A stretch of 64,000 nucleotides of DNA from Octopus bimaculoides (Eukaryota). The position numbers and the translations under genes were made by a program. The stretch covers positions 86,846,985 to 86,910,984 of the forward strand of contig NC_068982.1 of NCBI RefSeq assembly GCF_001194135.2, read 5' to 3'. Of this stretch, positions 11,991 through 25,400 are shown one piece after another (the stretch's first letter is position 1; every line of letters begins with the position of its first letter). The notes beneath the pieces were generated by a model. That model was not told the origin of the DNA and did not search any database. It saw only the letters and a program-made list of their open reading frames with translations.

Positions 11991-12072
11991 GACTAGTTTT
12001 GGGTCCTGTCAGATATTCACAGACCCTTCCTAGCCTCTCTATCTTCCAGACCCAATATTTCAGCTGAATCTT

Positions 12073-12106
<34 letters not shown>

Positions 12107-13618
12107 ATCCAGAGTTGTACTTATCTTGATAAAGGACTTGATTTGAGATTTATGAATTGTAGCTGAAACTAATTATGCCATCGTGGAAGAGAAGAGTCAT
12201 TTTAACCATCTATATGAAACACATAAAGACTGTTATATTCATCTTCCATTTATTTCTTAACAGTAACCGTAGTGTCAAGCAGTTTCATCGGACTTTTGCA
12301 ACCTGGTCCCTGACACATCGTATCGTATCCCATCATCATTGCATTGCAACCAGTTTTCTGACCGAAACAACGAACTGTGTTTCCAATATTTTTTCAATTG
12401 CTGATAATGTCTGTCTGTTCTAATTTCAAACATAAAAATGCTACTATTTTTATTATGGTGACAAGAGACTGGATGTGAATTTATTAAGTATGGAGCAGAG
12501 AACGCTACTGTAAATTTTGCCAGTCGATACCCTTTGACTGGTACTTTATTTATCGATCCTGAAAGGCTGAAAGACAAAATTTGACTTCATTGGAATTTGA
12601 ACTCATAGCGCAGTGAATGAGAACATATACTGTAAAACACTCTATTCGATGCCTTAACGACTCCTCCACTTCATCACAAATGCAGTTCTACTGCATGTTG
12701 CTAGTCTATTACTAATGAGTTTTAAACATATCTGAAGTTTACTTTTTTTTCCTTTTCTTTTTGTTTTTGTGTAATTTTGTTTGGTTCTTTTTCTGCATTG
12801 TTTTTAGATTCAGCTTTAACCACTTCAGTGTAATATAGGGAGTAACTTTTTAGTGGTGATGGTGGTTTGGGAGAGGGAAAGTTGTCCTTTTGTGTGTGAC
12901 TGAAACTATCTTTTTACCTTTTTAGATTTGGCCCTGTGAGTCTTTTATTGTTAATTTTAAATTTGGATTTGTAGGTGTTTTGTCACTGTCAAATTCAAAT
13001 CCTCTTTGTTTCTCTTGAAATGTGACTTTACTTGAAAATAGGTGAGGGTGGTGATAGGAAAAATATCTCGCCATAGTAAAATCTGGACAAGCTCTGTTCA
13101 ATGCACGCAAACTGGGAAAAGTGGACGATAATATTTTATTTAATTAATTATATTTATTAATAGTATATTTTTCTCATGTGGGTGTGTTTTGAACTTATGA
13201 AGACACCATTTGTTATGTATTTATTTATTGTCTCACTCTCTTCTAAGTCCAGGAGTAAACAAATTAAAATGTTTTCAGTGACTGGCGTGTTCTTAAATCA
13301 TAGAAAAACGACACAGAAATAGGCACTATTAAATAGTATTAACCTTATTATAACACCCTAGGATCAAGTGTGTTTCACATACATACAAGGACTGACACTC
13401 ATATGTATTACATAACATTACATCATTGGAATTGTAATTCAGGGTGGAATATTACATAGGAAACTGGATCTACAAATCAACTTGTGAAATACCAGTTGTA
13501 AAAATAGGCAACGAACAAGCGTCAACATTAGCAACAATAGTTTTTTTATATTTTATTTGAACACCAAAAGGATATTCCAGCATAGAATTGGGTGTGACAA
13601 ATATATGTGTGTGCGCGT

Positions 13619-13654
<36 letters not shown>

Positions 13655-14200
13655 AAATATATTCAAATGAATAATAGTATCAACTGACGATAATGAATCA
13701 TGATCTAGAATATTCAGAGGAAGTCCCAATTAAAGAGAAAACACCCCTCTTACAATAATAACAAACTTTCTGGTTAGACAACTCCAACTGGTTTCGTTAC
13801 CTACGTCATTATGTAACGAGATATTGTTGGATGGGGTGGGTGAGAGAATTGTGAGTGGTGATAGTAGAAATGCCTGTAAGGCAGAAGTAGGCAACAAGAT
13901 ATAAGTGGTCTGTGTGGGTAAAAGGGTATTACACGACATATAATAATAGGTATTTAAAAATGTCTGTCCTGATAACAGTTAGCATTTAAATACATTTACT
14001 TATTTATCGGATTATCAATTACATTGATATTTTACGCCATGCCAAAATTTCTCGTAAAAGAGCCAAGCCTTTACAGTGGAATCACATGCCGCTAAATACT
14101 ACTAGAAGAATTTGTGTGTGTGTGTATGCTTGTGTATATATGTTCTTGTGTGTGTGTGTACATATATTCTTTCCTTCTTTTACTTGTTTCAGTTAGTGGA

Positions 14201-14238
14201 CAGCTGCCATGCTAGGGATCACCCTAGCATGGCAGCTG
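14201..14238. repeat. Perfect 17-bp-arm hairpin inside a SINE
   Basis: CAGCTGCCATGCTAGGG-ATCA-CCCTAGCATGGCAGCTG. Confidence 0.95.
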
Positions 14239-16049
14239 AAGGATTCAGTCAAGCAAATGACTGAATCCTTATTTTAAGTCTGGTACTTATTTTATCGGTT
14301 TCCTTTTGCCAAATCATTAAGTTACCGAGATGTAAGCAAATCAACACTAATTATCAAGTGGTGGGCAAACAAGCACAGATGTACCTATGTGAGAAGCTTC
14401 CACATAATTTCTACTTTATAAATTCGCTTACAAGGCTTTGGAAGAAGACTTGCTCAAGGTATCATATTTTGGGAACTCGAAACTACAAGACTGTGAAGGG
14501 AACTTCTCAACCACACAGCCATACCTTGATAATTTAATTTATAAAATGGGGACATACTTAGATAAATTGCTTAATAATTCAAGTAGTTTTATGATGAGTA
14601 AAATAAAGTAAAAAGAAGTTGAAATCAACCAGATAAGCGATCAGACTTGATATAAGAATGTGAAAGGATGTGAAAATTAACATTTCATTTTCTGAGCTGA
14701 GATTCGAAACTGAATCTAAGGGTTCTTGTTTGTCTGATCCACCACTGGCTGAACAGGCATGAAAGAAGTTTTTTTGTCCTGTCAAAGTGATGGATGGATT
14801 TCCATCCAACCTCCAACCTATGGTATGTCTGTTCTTCTAGCTAGGATGACCATTATAAATACAGTCAGATATACAACAGAAGAGCAGACAGCCAGTAACA
14901 GGCAAGCAGTCGAGAGACAGCTTGCGTCAGTCAAGCAGCCAACAGAGAGCCATACATTCAGCATGAACGACACAACACAGTAGCAGTCGCACAACACAAA
15001 CAGACAAGACAGAAAGAAAACACAACCTGACCGAATGACCAACACACACACAGACACAAAGCATGCCTGGTTCTACCTCATCAAATCAACACAATATTTC
15101 TCTTGTTCATTTTTACTTCACCAACTTGAAGCAGTTGGTAACTTCATGTAGCGGCCTTCCTTGGTATTGTGTATCAAATATGTAAATGCAAGTGTGGATT
15201 AAATATATTATTTAAATTACAATCTGATGCTTTCCTCATTGTTTTACTATCTTCATCTGCCACATCAACAACACCTTTTGCTATATATCTCGCTACAAAA
15301 ACATTAAAATTAATTAAAAATAGATTAAAATGTAATACTTGTGATAACAGCATTATAAATCATACAATCTGAAATAGTATTCCTAAAATAGAACATATAT
15401 ATCTATCTCCCACTCTCTTATTGTACTCTTGCAAATTTCCTGCCTACTCATTCTTTCTAGTACTCTGTGCCACTTCACTTGTATTTACCTTACTATACTT
15501 TGAGGGTATCCCTGACACATTTTCACCATTTTCTCTCTCTCCTTTCTGTTGAGGGTAGCTATGTATCTCTTCTACAGCAAGACACCTGTCCCTCTATCAT
15601 ACTTTAATCTGTCATCACCTGGCATAAGCCACTTCCCTCAATAATACTTAGTCAAGGAGTGTTTGTCTTGCAAGTTACTTGGTGACCTCACTGGTGCTGG
15701 TGCTGCATAACAACATTTGGGCTTTTTTATTGGATGCTCGATGAGATCTGAGTCATTGATGTAAAAACCTGGAAGATACTGACCAGCATAAACAATTTTC
15801 ATATCAAAAGTGATGTAGACAACCTCTACTTGAAGCAAAAACAAGGAGAAAGGCTTAACATCAGTCCAGACTGCTTTTTGAATGTCAATATATCTTTTTG
15901 ACAACATCTTTTCACCACCAAGTGTCAAAAGGCATCCCTTGACCAGTTTGCTTACATGAGGCAGATAGTATCATAAAACTTGGAAAGCTGCTCCTTGAGC
16001 AATATTTCTTGTCTGAAAACCTTCAATACATGCCCAAAGATGTTGCATG

Positions 16050-16560
16050 ACTCTACTGCAACATATCATTAAATGAAAGGATGTATGTATATTAGCAGAA
16101 GAACATGTATGGATATGTCAGCAGAAAGCTCCAGGATGACAGTAACATTGATAATCAAAGCAGTCTATCATGGATCAACAGCCAGACTAACTCTCACTTT
16201 GAAGAGTATGCATTTTCAATCCAGGAATAGGCAACAACCAAATACCCGAAGCACAAAAGGGACAGAAACACAGGTAAAACATCAAAATGTGATAACTGAT
16301 GCAGACTTTGTGGAGTTAACACTGAATATATCACCCACATCATAAGCAGTTGTCCAAAAATATCATCATGTTATCTAATGATGAAACCTGATGTTGTAGC
16401 CAAGACACTGTATAATGAGATCTGTCGGAAGAGTAATCCTTAGCCCCAAGAAATAAGAAACCATGGTATAGTAGAGTCCATAGGCACTCATAATATGGAA
16501 GAGTACTGGTGGAATGTCCCAGTGAAAACCTCTAATATGTAAGCATAATAGACCAGGCAT
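16050..16560 (+). mobile_element. R4/Dong-like non-LTR retrotransposon 3' fragment (CCHC + restriction-like endonuclease), degenerate
   Basis: Translates to CRLCGVNTEYITHIISSCPK...DVVAKTLYNEI...EYWWNVPVKT...KHNRP with stops. Confidence 0.6.
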
Positions 16561-16589
16561 ATATATATATATATATATATATATAAGCT

Positions 16590-17900
16590 GCACCAGTCCT
16601 TGCAAACCTCATAATGGGTTTTTTTGAATTATCACTATATGAAATCTCAGGCCAGAAATTTGGACACCTTTTCCACATCTACTTAATGGATAACTGGAAA
16701 AGATACTTGGATGATTGTTTCATCATATGGTTGGAATCCTATGAAAAACTTCTAGAATTCAAAACCATACTTAACAACATACATCCCAGCATTTAATTCA
16801 CTATGGAATTCAGCAAACATCATCTCCCTTTTCTTGATCTCTTAATTATAAAAACACCTAATAACCAAATCACAACCGAATTCTACCACAAACCTACAGA
16901 TTCACAACAATACCTCCTTTTCAGCTCATACCACCCAAAACACACCAAGATAAATATCCCCTTCAATTTAGCTAAAAGAATTTGCACCATTGTCTCTGAC
17001 CCAACCACTCGAGAAATATGCTAACAAGACCTCAAAAAAACACTATTACAACGCCAATATCCCTCCACACTCATAAACTTTGGAATAAAACGTGCCAAGG
17101 AACTTGACAAAAACACACTAAAAACCAACCAACACAGCAACCCCAAAATACTTCCATACATTTCCACCCACAACCCCAAAAACAGCGAAGCATACACCAC
17201 AATCAAACAAAACCTCCCCTTACTCACCACAGACCCGAAAATGAACAATATCATCAATACACACAAAGTCCTTAAATGCAAAAGGCAACAGAAATCTTTG
17301 AAAAAACTCTTAACCAATGCCAAACTACATACACCACTTCCACCCTCATCAGTTAAAAAATGTGCATGCCCTAACTGTGGTACCTGCCCCTACCTACTTG
17401 AAGGCTCTGAATTTACCATCAAACGAGGAACAAAGTTTAAAATCAAGACCAATTTCTCTTGTTCCTCTGGGAACCTCATTTATATCCTCACATGCGCAGG
17501 TTGCCAACACAACTATATCGGACAGACGAGCCTCCCTTTGCGTAGAAGAGTAACAGTCCATAAAGAACAAATAAATCTCCCACAACACCGCCAAATTCCA
17601 CTCAGTGGCCACATAAACTCTTGTGCCAGAAACAAAAACCCTAAATTCCTTATATTTCCTTTCTATCAATGTAAAGACAGAATCTCCACACAAGAAAGAA
17701 TCAACAAGGAGAATCTTTTCATAGAGAAATTCCAACCACTTCTTAACACACAAACCACTCGGTGACCATATTTCTCTAAGAACAGACATAAACTTCTTGT
17801 TGACAAAGAGTCCAGAACTCCAACTAAAGAGTATAAAACCCACAGAATTGTCTTCCCTTACACACACTTCCTGTTTTGACACCACACTTCCTGCTTAACA
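16590..17900 (+). mobile_element. Penelope-like (Neptune-type) retroelement, 5'-truncated: RT C-terminus + GIY-YIG
   Basis: One reading frame 16614-17765 with only two TAA stops. Motifs WKRYLDDCFIIW, LPFLDLLI, YHKPTDSQQYL, Cys linker CACPNCGTC, and NLIYILTCAGCQHNYIGQT. Confidence 0.9.
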
Positions 17901-18289
17901 CATAAACTTTCAACCCCCTTTCTTTTTTAAACAAAACACAACTCTCAGTTTCATGCATCCTAATTTTTCCAACTATTATCTACATGGATTACTATTGAAC
18001 TTTAAAAGCTCAAAGACAATATAATGTATTGGTATATTTATTTTTTTATATATTATTTTTTACTTTTTTGTAAAAAACATTTTCATTTTCCCTCTTCTTG
18101 AAAATTTGCCATGCAATGAAAGCCNNNNNNNNNNNNNNNNNNNNNNNNNNNNNNNNNNNNNNNNNNNNNNNNNNNNNNNNNNNNNNNNNNNNNNNNNNNN
18201 NNNNNNNNNNNNNNNNNNNNNNNNNNNNNNNNNNNNNNNNNNNNNNNNNNNNNNNNNNNNNNNNNNNNNNNNNNNNNNNNNNNNNNNNN

Positions 18290-18324
<35 letters not shown>

Positions 18325-18419
18325 GTTCAGATGCTGGACCTCACCAAGGAAATGACAAGAGATTGGGAGACTGTACTTGGTAAGACGCATCAAGCTAAGT
18401 AAAATCGCTGTCTTCCACG

Positions 18420-18725
18420 CATACAAGCTTGCCCTTTCAGGTGGTGCTGGTGCCACATAAAAAGCACCTGTGCTGGTGCTGTGTGAATGCACCTGTGCTG
18501 GTGCTGCATAAATGAGCTTGTGGTGGTGCTGCATAAAAGCATCCATGCTGGTGGCATGTAAAAAGCACTCAGCACACTGTTTAGTTGTTGGCATTAAGAA
18601 GGGCATTCAGCCATAGAAACCACAACAGACAATTGGTGTCTGGACAGCTCCCAGCTGGTCAGCTTCATGTCAAACTCACCAACCCATACCGGCTTGGAAA
18701 ACGGACATTAAACGATGATGATGAT
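18420..18725 (+). mobile_element. RTE-related 3' tail repeat ending in (GAT)n
   Basis: TTGGCATTAAGAAGGGCATTCAGCCATAGAAAC...CAACCCAT...GGAAAACGGACATTAAACGATGATGATGAT, same family as 41370-41820. Confidence 0.65.
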
Positions 18726-18739
18726 ATAAAACATATATA

Positions 18740-19656
18740 CGAGGGGGTACCCAAAAGCAAGCAGAAATGTTCTCTGTGGGACAAGCCTGTTGTAGTTTGG
18801 GCTTCCACCACTAGAAGCCACTTGATGCAACCCTCCGACATTTGTCTGCTGGCCAGCATCATTGGGTGAGATCATACTGCCATGTGGTGTGTCTTTGTTT
18901 TGCATTGCTTCTCTCCTGTTCATCGATTTATGTGATGGCTGAAACAAAGGAACTGCATGCTTCCGTGAAATTGTGTTTTCTGCTGGGGAAAACAACAACC
19001 GAAACAGTTGTCATGCTTCAAATAACTTACAAGGACACTGCCATGAGCAAAACACAAGTTTACAAATAGTTTTCATGCTGTAGGAATGGTCACTTGTCGC
19101 TTGAAGACCAACCTCATCCAGGATATCATTCAGGACATCATTGATGTCCTGAATGAATGGAAGCATCATTAAAATTCATGAACTGATCTTGGAGGACTGT
19201 CACTGAACAGTTGATGAACTTGTTGATATGATTGGTGTGTATTGGAGCTCTTACCAATAAATTTTGAGCAAGAAATTATGAATGAAAAGAGTTGCAGCAA
19301 AATTTGTGCCTCACTTGTTCACAGAAGATCAAAAGTAGTCACGACTGAATGCATGTCATGAACTGAAAGAACAGCTGGAAGTTGATCCAGACCTTTCTAC
19401 AAAGGTCATCACTGGTGATGAAAGCTGGTGCTATGGAATTTGTAGATGTGGAAGAGGTGATAAAAACGACGGTGGTGTTAAAAGCATCAGTTCACAAGAG
19501 TTCCAACATGCTTTGAACAGTGGAAAATGTGTGTGGACCAATGCATTGCTTCAAAGGGAGAATACTTTGAAGGCAATAAAAGTGTAAACATGTAAAACTA
19601 AGTGAATAAAATAAAATAACATTGCAAAATTCTGGTTTCTTTTGGGTACCCCCTCG
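18740..19656 (+). mobile_element. Mariner transposon, internally deleted and degenerate
   Basis: Perfect 18-bp TIRs CGAGGGGGTACCCAAAAG with TA TSDs. Transposase remnants VKLCFLLGKTTTETVVML and VITGDESWCY. Confidence 0.92.
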
Positions 19657-19662
19657 TATGTA

Positions 19663-19715
<53 letters not shown>

Positions 19716-20059
19716 GTATATGTATATATGATTCAAAATTCAATATGATATTTAACATACCACTTGCTATAAACAGAGCCATCGCTCTAAAACCACAAAT
19801 TAGTCATTACTAAAATACACACAACTAATGCAATAAATATAACAGAAATAGGCTTACCTTGCATGGAATAGAGAAGTAAGGAATGCATATATTTCGGGAT
19901 CAATTGATTTCGCTTTCTGTATGAAAAATCATACTTAAGCTCATCAGCTGGACCTAATGCTACAACATCTGTTTCTGAAATATTCATCACATTACCCCAT
20001 GTGCATCCTTACATTTGAATGCCCCCATGACATTCAAAATGAATATATTGTGAGCTAGT

Positions 20060-20315
20060 ATAATTTTAAATCAAATAGGTTTTACCATTATTAATAATGA
20101 TAATAATAAAGTGGCTGGCAAGTTTACAACTTTAAAGGTAAAATATAAACAAAATTCAAAATTCAATAGGGTATTTAACAAGTGGTATGTTAAATACCCT
20201 ATTGAATTTTGAATTTTGTTCATATTTTACCTTTAAAGGTATAAACTTGCCAGCCACTTTATTATCCTTATTATTATTAAGGGTAATAATACGTATTTAA
20301 TTTAAAATTATGTAT
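20060..20315. repeat. Long palindrome (core 77-bp arms with ~3 mismatches, extending to ~120 bp; 7-nt loop)
   Basis: 20104-20180 is the reverse complement of 20188-20265. Loop AGTGGTA. Confidence 0.95.
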
Positions 20316-20439
20316 AAGATGAAACTGCTTGGCACAGATTGACCTTGAGCTCTGCTGTGCTTGCACACTAAGTTTTAACATTATACCTCACTTCTGCTGT
20401 TTACAGCAGTGCTTGGAAGATGTGTAGCGTGTGATCGTC

Positions 20440-20640
20440 GCATTGACCATGACAAAGTTGTCGTGGTGATACCTGCTCAGAGGCCTACTCAAAGTTGCAG
20501 AAAGTGTATGGAGAGGAGTGTATGAGCCACACACAAATGTATGAGTGGTTCAGACATTTCCAAGATGGCCGAAAAAATGTCAGTATTGATGAACTTTCTG
20601 GGAGACATTCAGCTGTTTGTACATCCATACCTGCAGAACT
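20440..20640 (+). mobile_element. Mariner transposase N-terminal (HTH) fragment
   Basis: Translates to TCSEAYSKLQKVYGEECMSHTQMYEWFRHFQDGRKNVSIDELSG. Confidence 0.75.
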
Positions 20641-20679
20641 TGTCTCAAACAGGTAATGCCCCACCCCTGTAACTGTCAT

Positions 20680-21230
20680 GGATAGGACTTTTGGGAGTTA
20701 TCCATAGTCCTCAATTAGAAAGTTCTCCAGAAGAGACAGCTTAGACTGTTCTCATTGATGTCCATAGCTATTCCCAGACTATTGTCATTCATACCCTCTG
20801 CTAACCCTCTACTGAATGCAGTTATTGTTTCACCATTGACAATATTAACAACAGTGGTGTGATTGTGTAGCAACATTCTAGTTGCCAAACACCCAACCTT
20901 AGTCTAAACATGGCTCAAATTGCAACTTGTTCAAAGAGATGAGCCACAAAAAGATGTGTTGCATACTATTTTCTCTTCATTTTCATTGATGTCATCATTT
21001 TTTCAATGGTTCAGATATTTTTGCAGGAGTGTTAGCCTTGGTTCATACCTGTGCATTATCAGTGACAAATTCCAAGAGATCACCATATTATTTTGCTGGA
21101 AAGTAGACAGGAATACTATAACCTCTGCATGCTTCCACACTTTTGCCATCACTCTGGTTTGCTCCTTGTGTATGCAATGTTGTGTTTGATAACCCATATT
21201 TTGGGTTAGAAGCTGAGTGACTGTATGATC
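20680..21230 (-). mobile_element. Probable highly degenerate R4/Dong-like LINE 3' remnant
   Basis: The minus-strand translation has weak matches to the RLE C-terminus (TTVVNIVNG... resembles TVVPIVIG). Many stops. Confidence 0.35.
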
Positions 21231-24200
21231 TACTTACTGGTGGTAATAATAGTAATTGTAATAACCAAAATAGCAACAATAATAATAATTTCTGACTTAA
21301 ATACAAGTCCAGCAAATTAGTGGGAAGAGTTGGTCAGTTACACTGAACTCTAATACATGACTGGTACTTTATTTTGTCTACCACAAAGAGATGAAAGGCA
21401 AAGTTGACCTTGTTGCAATTTCAATTTAGGATATAAAGAATCAGAAGAGCACATGATAACTGTTTATTCTTCTTCCATCTACCACTGTGGTGTTAAGTTA
21501 GAATCATTAGCATATTGGACAAAATGCCTAGCAGCATTTCTTCTAGGTTTACATTTTGAGTTCAAAGTCTGCTGAGTTTAACTTTGCCTTCAATCCTTTT
21601 GGGGTAGATGAAATAAGTATTAGCTGTACATTGGGATTGATGTAACTGACTTACTCCTCCCCACAAAATTTCAGACCTTATGTCTAGAGTAGGAAGGATC
21701 CTCATCACCAGCACCACCAGTATCATCATCATCGTCATCGTCGTCGTTGTCGTCGTCATCATCATCATCATCATCATCATCATCACCATTAGCATCATCA
21801 TTATTATCATTATCATCATTATTAAGGTGGTGGGTTGTCAGAGTCATTACCATGCCGAGCAAAATGCTTAACAGCATTTGATCTGTCTTTACATTCTGAG
21901 TTCAAATTCCACTGAGCTCAACTTAGCCTTTCATCTCTTCGGAGTTGATAAAATAAGTACCAATGGAGCGCTGGGGTTGATGTAATTGACTTACCCCTTC
22001 CCCTGAACTTTCTGGCCATGAGCCAAAATTTGAAACCATTATCATTATCATTATTAACCATTTCCACCATTCTCAAATGAAGAGTTAATAGTATTGAGGG
22101 AGATGATGACAATAATATGCAGTTTAAAGCTGGAAAATTCCAAGCCCAACACTATTAGCAGACAAAGTTAAATGTAAGGCAGACAAAAACACTAGACCTG
22201 GAGGGATTGCAATTCCAGAATCACAGTCATTGTGTGACTGGGCATTGATGTAATTATGCATCTTTCCATGTGCATATTACTAAGTTGGCAACGAAATGCA
22301 GGCAGCTGACTAGATGGATTCTTAGAACTTTCAGAATAAGAGAGCATGGAAGACTTTTGTCCTAAGCTGTCTTGCCTATTGTTCTCAACTATGGTCATGA
22401 CATAGTGTGAAATTAATAGTGGAACTTGAAGCAGTCCAGTGAAGTGACACAAAAATAGCCTCAATGCAACAAATTAGCTATTGGGAAAGATTCAAGAAGT
22501 TAAAACTTTAGTCTCTGGGTGAAGGCGGGAAAGATATGTAGCAATATACACCTCGAAAGGACTTGTCCTAAACTTTGGTGTTCAAAGTTATACAAATGCC
22601 AGAACAGGGTGTCATTGCATAGTGTCAAAAAAATCCCTCCCCTGCCATCAAAACACAGGACCAGATACTGCAATAGCTTTGGATTCAAGGGCTCACAGAA
22701 TGAGTAACAGACTTAAAAAGAAAGTACTGTGGTACTCCAGTATGGTTGCAGTCCAAATGGCTGAAACAAATAAAAGCTAACAGAAATGATGTATATCTAA
22801 TTTTTCTTTCTATATGTATGTGGAATGCTGCACCTGAGGTAACCTCTATGCATCATCAAACTCTTTTGTACAGAGTTCTACTCTGATCTTTGGAACTGTG
22901 TTACAGTGTGTCCCATCTCTATGGAAAGCACATCTATGACCCCGTTAATTATGACCCTATTGAATTTATTTTTAATGTAATGGAGACAGTCATTAATAAC
23001 CACCAGTACTACTTCTACAACACCAGATCTACTGCCAGCTACTCTTCTTTGTCACCCAACAGTGGGTTCTAGCCTGGGAGAATTTAGTGAATGTAATGTC
23101 ACCCTCATCATCAGGAATGCTTTCACTAATGTCTGGTGCGTGAATCTCCTATTGAAACTTTCTGACTATGAACAACTCCATCCATTTCAACTCTTGGATA
23201 AGCAACTTCCAACCTGATTTCATTTGTTGATGGAGTCCTTGCTGCCTCTCATTCTATCATCTCTGGTATAGCTCAGAGTTTGGTTTGCCACCCCATCCAA
23301 CAACACATCGCTCTTATGCAGGTGACACTACTCTTAATTTCTGCCTAATATTTTCCAACCACTTGCAACCTAGGCATCACTCACCAACTCCCTGAACAGA
23401 AATCTCAAAAGCATCCTTCAGAGAGATTATGCCAACCTTGTCTCTTTTGACAGTGAGTAAACAAAAATGTTACTCATAACAAGAAAATATCATAACACAA
23501 ATCCCATGTAATCATGACTAGACCTCAGCTACAATCCTCAAAATTGCTCAAATTGTTAGGTTTCATTATCACCAAAGATCTATCCTGGTGAAAGCATATC
23601 CTTAACATAAGTTAGGATTGCATCTCTATGACCAAACTCTACTAGGTCAGAAGATTCTTCAAACTCATAACAATTATTGATTCTACAAATCTCAGGTGAG
23701 GATCATAATGGATGATTACGGTACAGTTGCTGCATACACAGACATGCTAGACAACATCTAGGAAAGGCTCACCCAACTGATTAGCATAAAGTCATTTACG
23801 AACATGATCTGCCACCTGGCCCAGAGATGCATTGTCTCTTCTTTCTACCTTTTCTCCAATATTAATAATGGCCTCTGCTCCTTGGCTAGGTACATGTCAC
23901 CTCCACTAGGCATTCTTGTCCCATTTGTCTCTCCTCCTTCAATCATTCTTCTCTTTAACCTTCTAGGCCTTGTACTAATTATTCTCTCAGTCCCTCCCTC
24001 TTAAAGTGTCAACCCCACCCAAATTCCCTCCTACTTTTACCTTTCCTGCAAGGAATGACTTTCAAATGTTCAATAGGAGTATTAATAGTATCAATGTCAC
24101 TACTTCTTCCCACCCACTGCCCAGCAAATACACACATATATATGTATACAGTTTTACGCGCACGTACACGCGCACACACACACACACATGTATATAATCT

Positions 24201-24487
24201 TTAACCCTTTTCAGTAATTGGACTGTGGCCATGCTGGGGCACTACCTTGAAGGGTTTTAGTTAACTGGATTGAACCTAGTACTATTGGTATTTTATGTCA
24301 TACCATAAAATACCAAGTTGTCAAGTGGAGGTATAACACACATTCATGCATACATAAATAGATACACACATACATATACATACATATGTATATATTATAT
24401 ATGTGTATATATGTGTATATGTGTATATATGTATGTATATATATGTATGTAATGTATGTATATATATATATATGTGTATGTGTGTAT

Positions 24488-24800
24488 GCATGGCTCAATG
24501 GTTAAAGCATGAGGCTCACAATCTCATGAGATAGTGAGTTCGATTCCTGAACAAGGTTGTGTGTTGTGTTCTTGAGCAAGACTATTTCATGTTGCTCCAG
24601 TCCACTCAGCTGTAGAGATGAGTTGTGATGTTACTGGTGCCAAACTGTATCAGCCTTTGACTTCCCTTGGATAACATCAGTGGCATAGAAAGGGGAGGTT
24701 ACTGCTGGTCTTCCATAAACAGCCTTGCCCGGACTTGTGCCTTGGAGGGTAACTTTCTAGGTGCATTCTCATGGTCATTCATGATCGAAGGGGCGGGAGG
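24488..24800 (+). mobile_element. tRNA-derived SINE (family B) with A/B-box head
   Basis: TGGCTCAATGGTTAAAGC (A box) ... GAGTTCGATTCCTG (B box), followed by the body shared with 520-720 and 56350-56470. Confidence 0.8.
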
Positions 24801-25076
24801 GGGGCTTTACCGTTTTTATATGAATGCACATATATATATATTGGACTTCTTTTAGTTTTTGTCCACCAAATCCACTGAATTAGAGGTTATAGGAGAAACA
24901 ATTGCCCAAGGTAAGACTGAACCCAAAGCCTTGTATGTAGGAAGCAGACTTTTTACCCCACAGTCACCATATCCATCCATCCATCCATCCATCTATCCAT
25001 CTATCTATCTATCTATCTATCTATATACATGCATATAAATATATATTTCTATATAGTGGTTGTGTGGTGAGAAGTT

Positions 25077-25400
25077 GGATCTTTTTTAAAACGGGGGCCA
25101 CATTTTTCATTAATGTTTTACGTAGTGTTTTTGGTACCGAAAGACTTTCAAACTTCGTATACTTATCTATTTTGTGTTATAGAACAGAAAAATATTTTTG
25201 TATTTGAATTTATTTCATGTAAAAAATTGTCTTATTTCGATAATTTCAACCAATCACTGACAAGTATTCAGTTGTTTACATTTACTCCTTTCGCTGATTA
25301 AGCGGTGTAAAGCGTATTTAATTTCCATAGCTTCGTTTTTCTTTTTTCTTTTTAAATTTGCTGTTTTACCCTAACCCTAACCCTAACCCTATCACCGATA
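25077..25400 (-). mobile_element. Second copy of the (TTAGGG)n-bearing interspersed repeat, inserted in a SINE head
   Basis: Reverse complement of 8093-8413, with (CCCTAA)n at 25367-25390. It interrupts a family A SINE head after ...GAGAAGTT. Confidence 0.6.

Noticed and set aside
16794-17024. Selenocysteine read-through in the Penelope ORF
   Set aside because: The interrupting stops are TAA, not TGA.
19900-19955. Hammerhead-like CTGATGA...GAAA on the minus strand
   Set aside because: Stems I and III do not pair and stem II does not close on the core.
23040-23125. CTGATGA with a downstream hairpin on the minus strand
   Set aside because: GAAA is missing, there are extra bases before stem II, and stem III does not form. 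Too degenerate to call.
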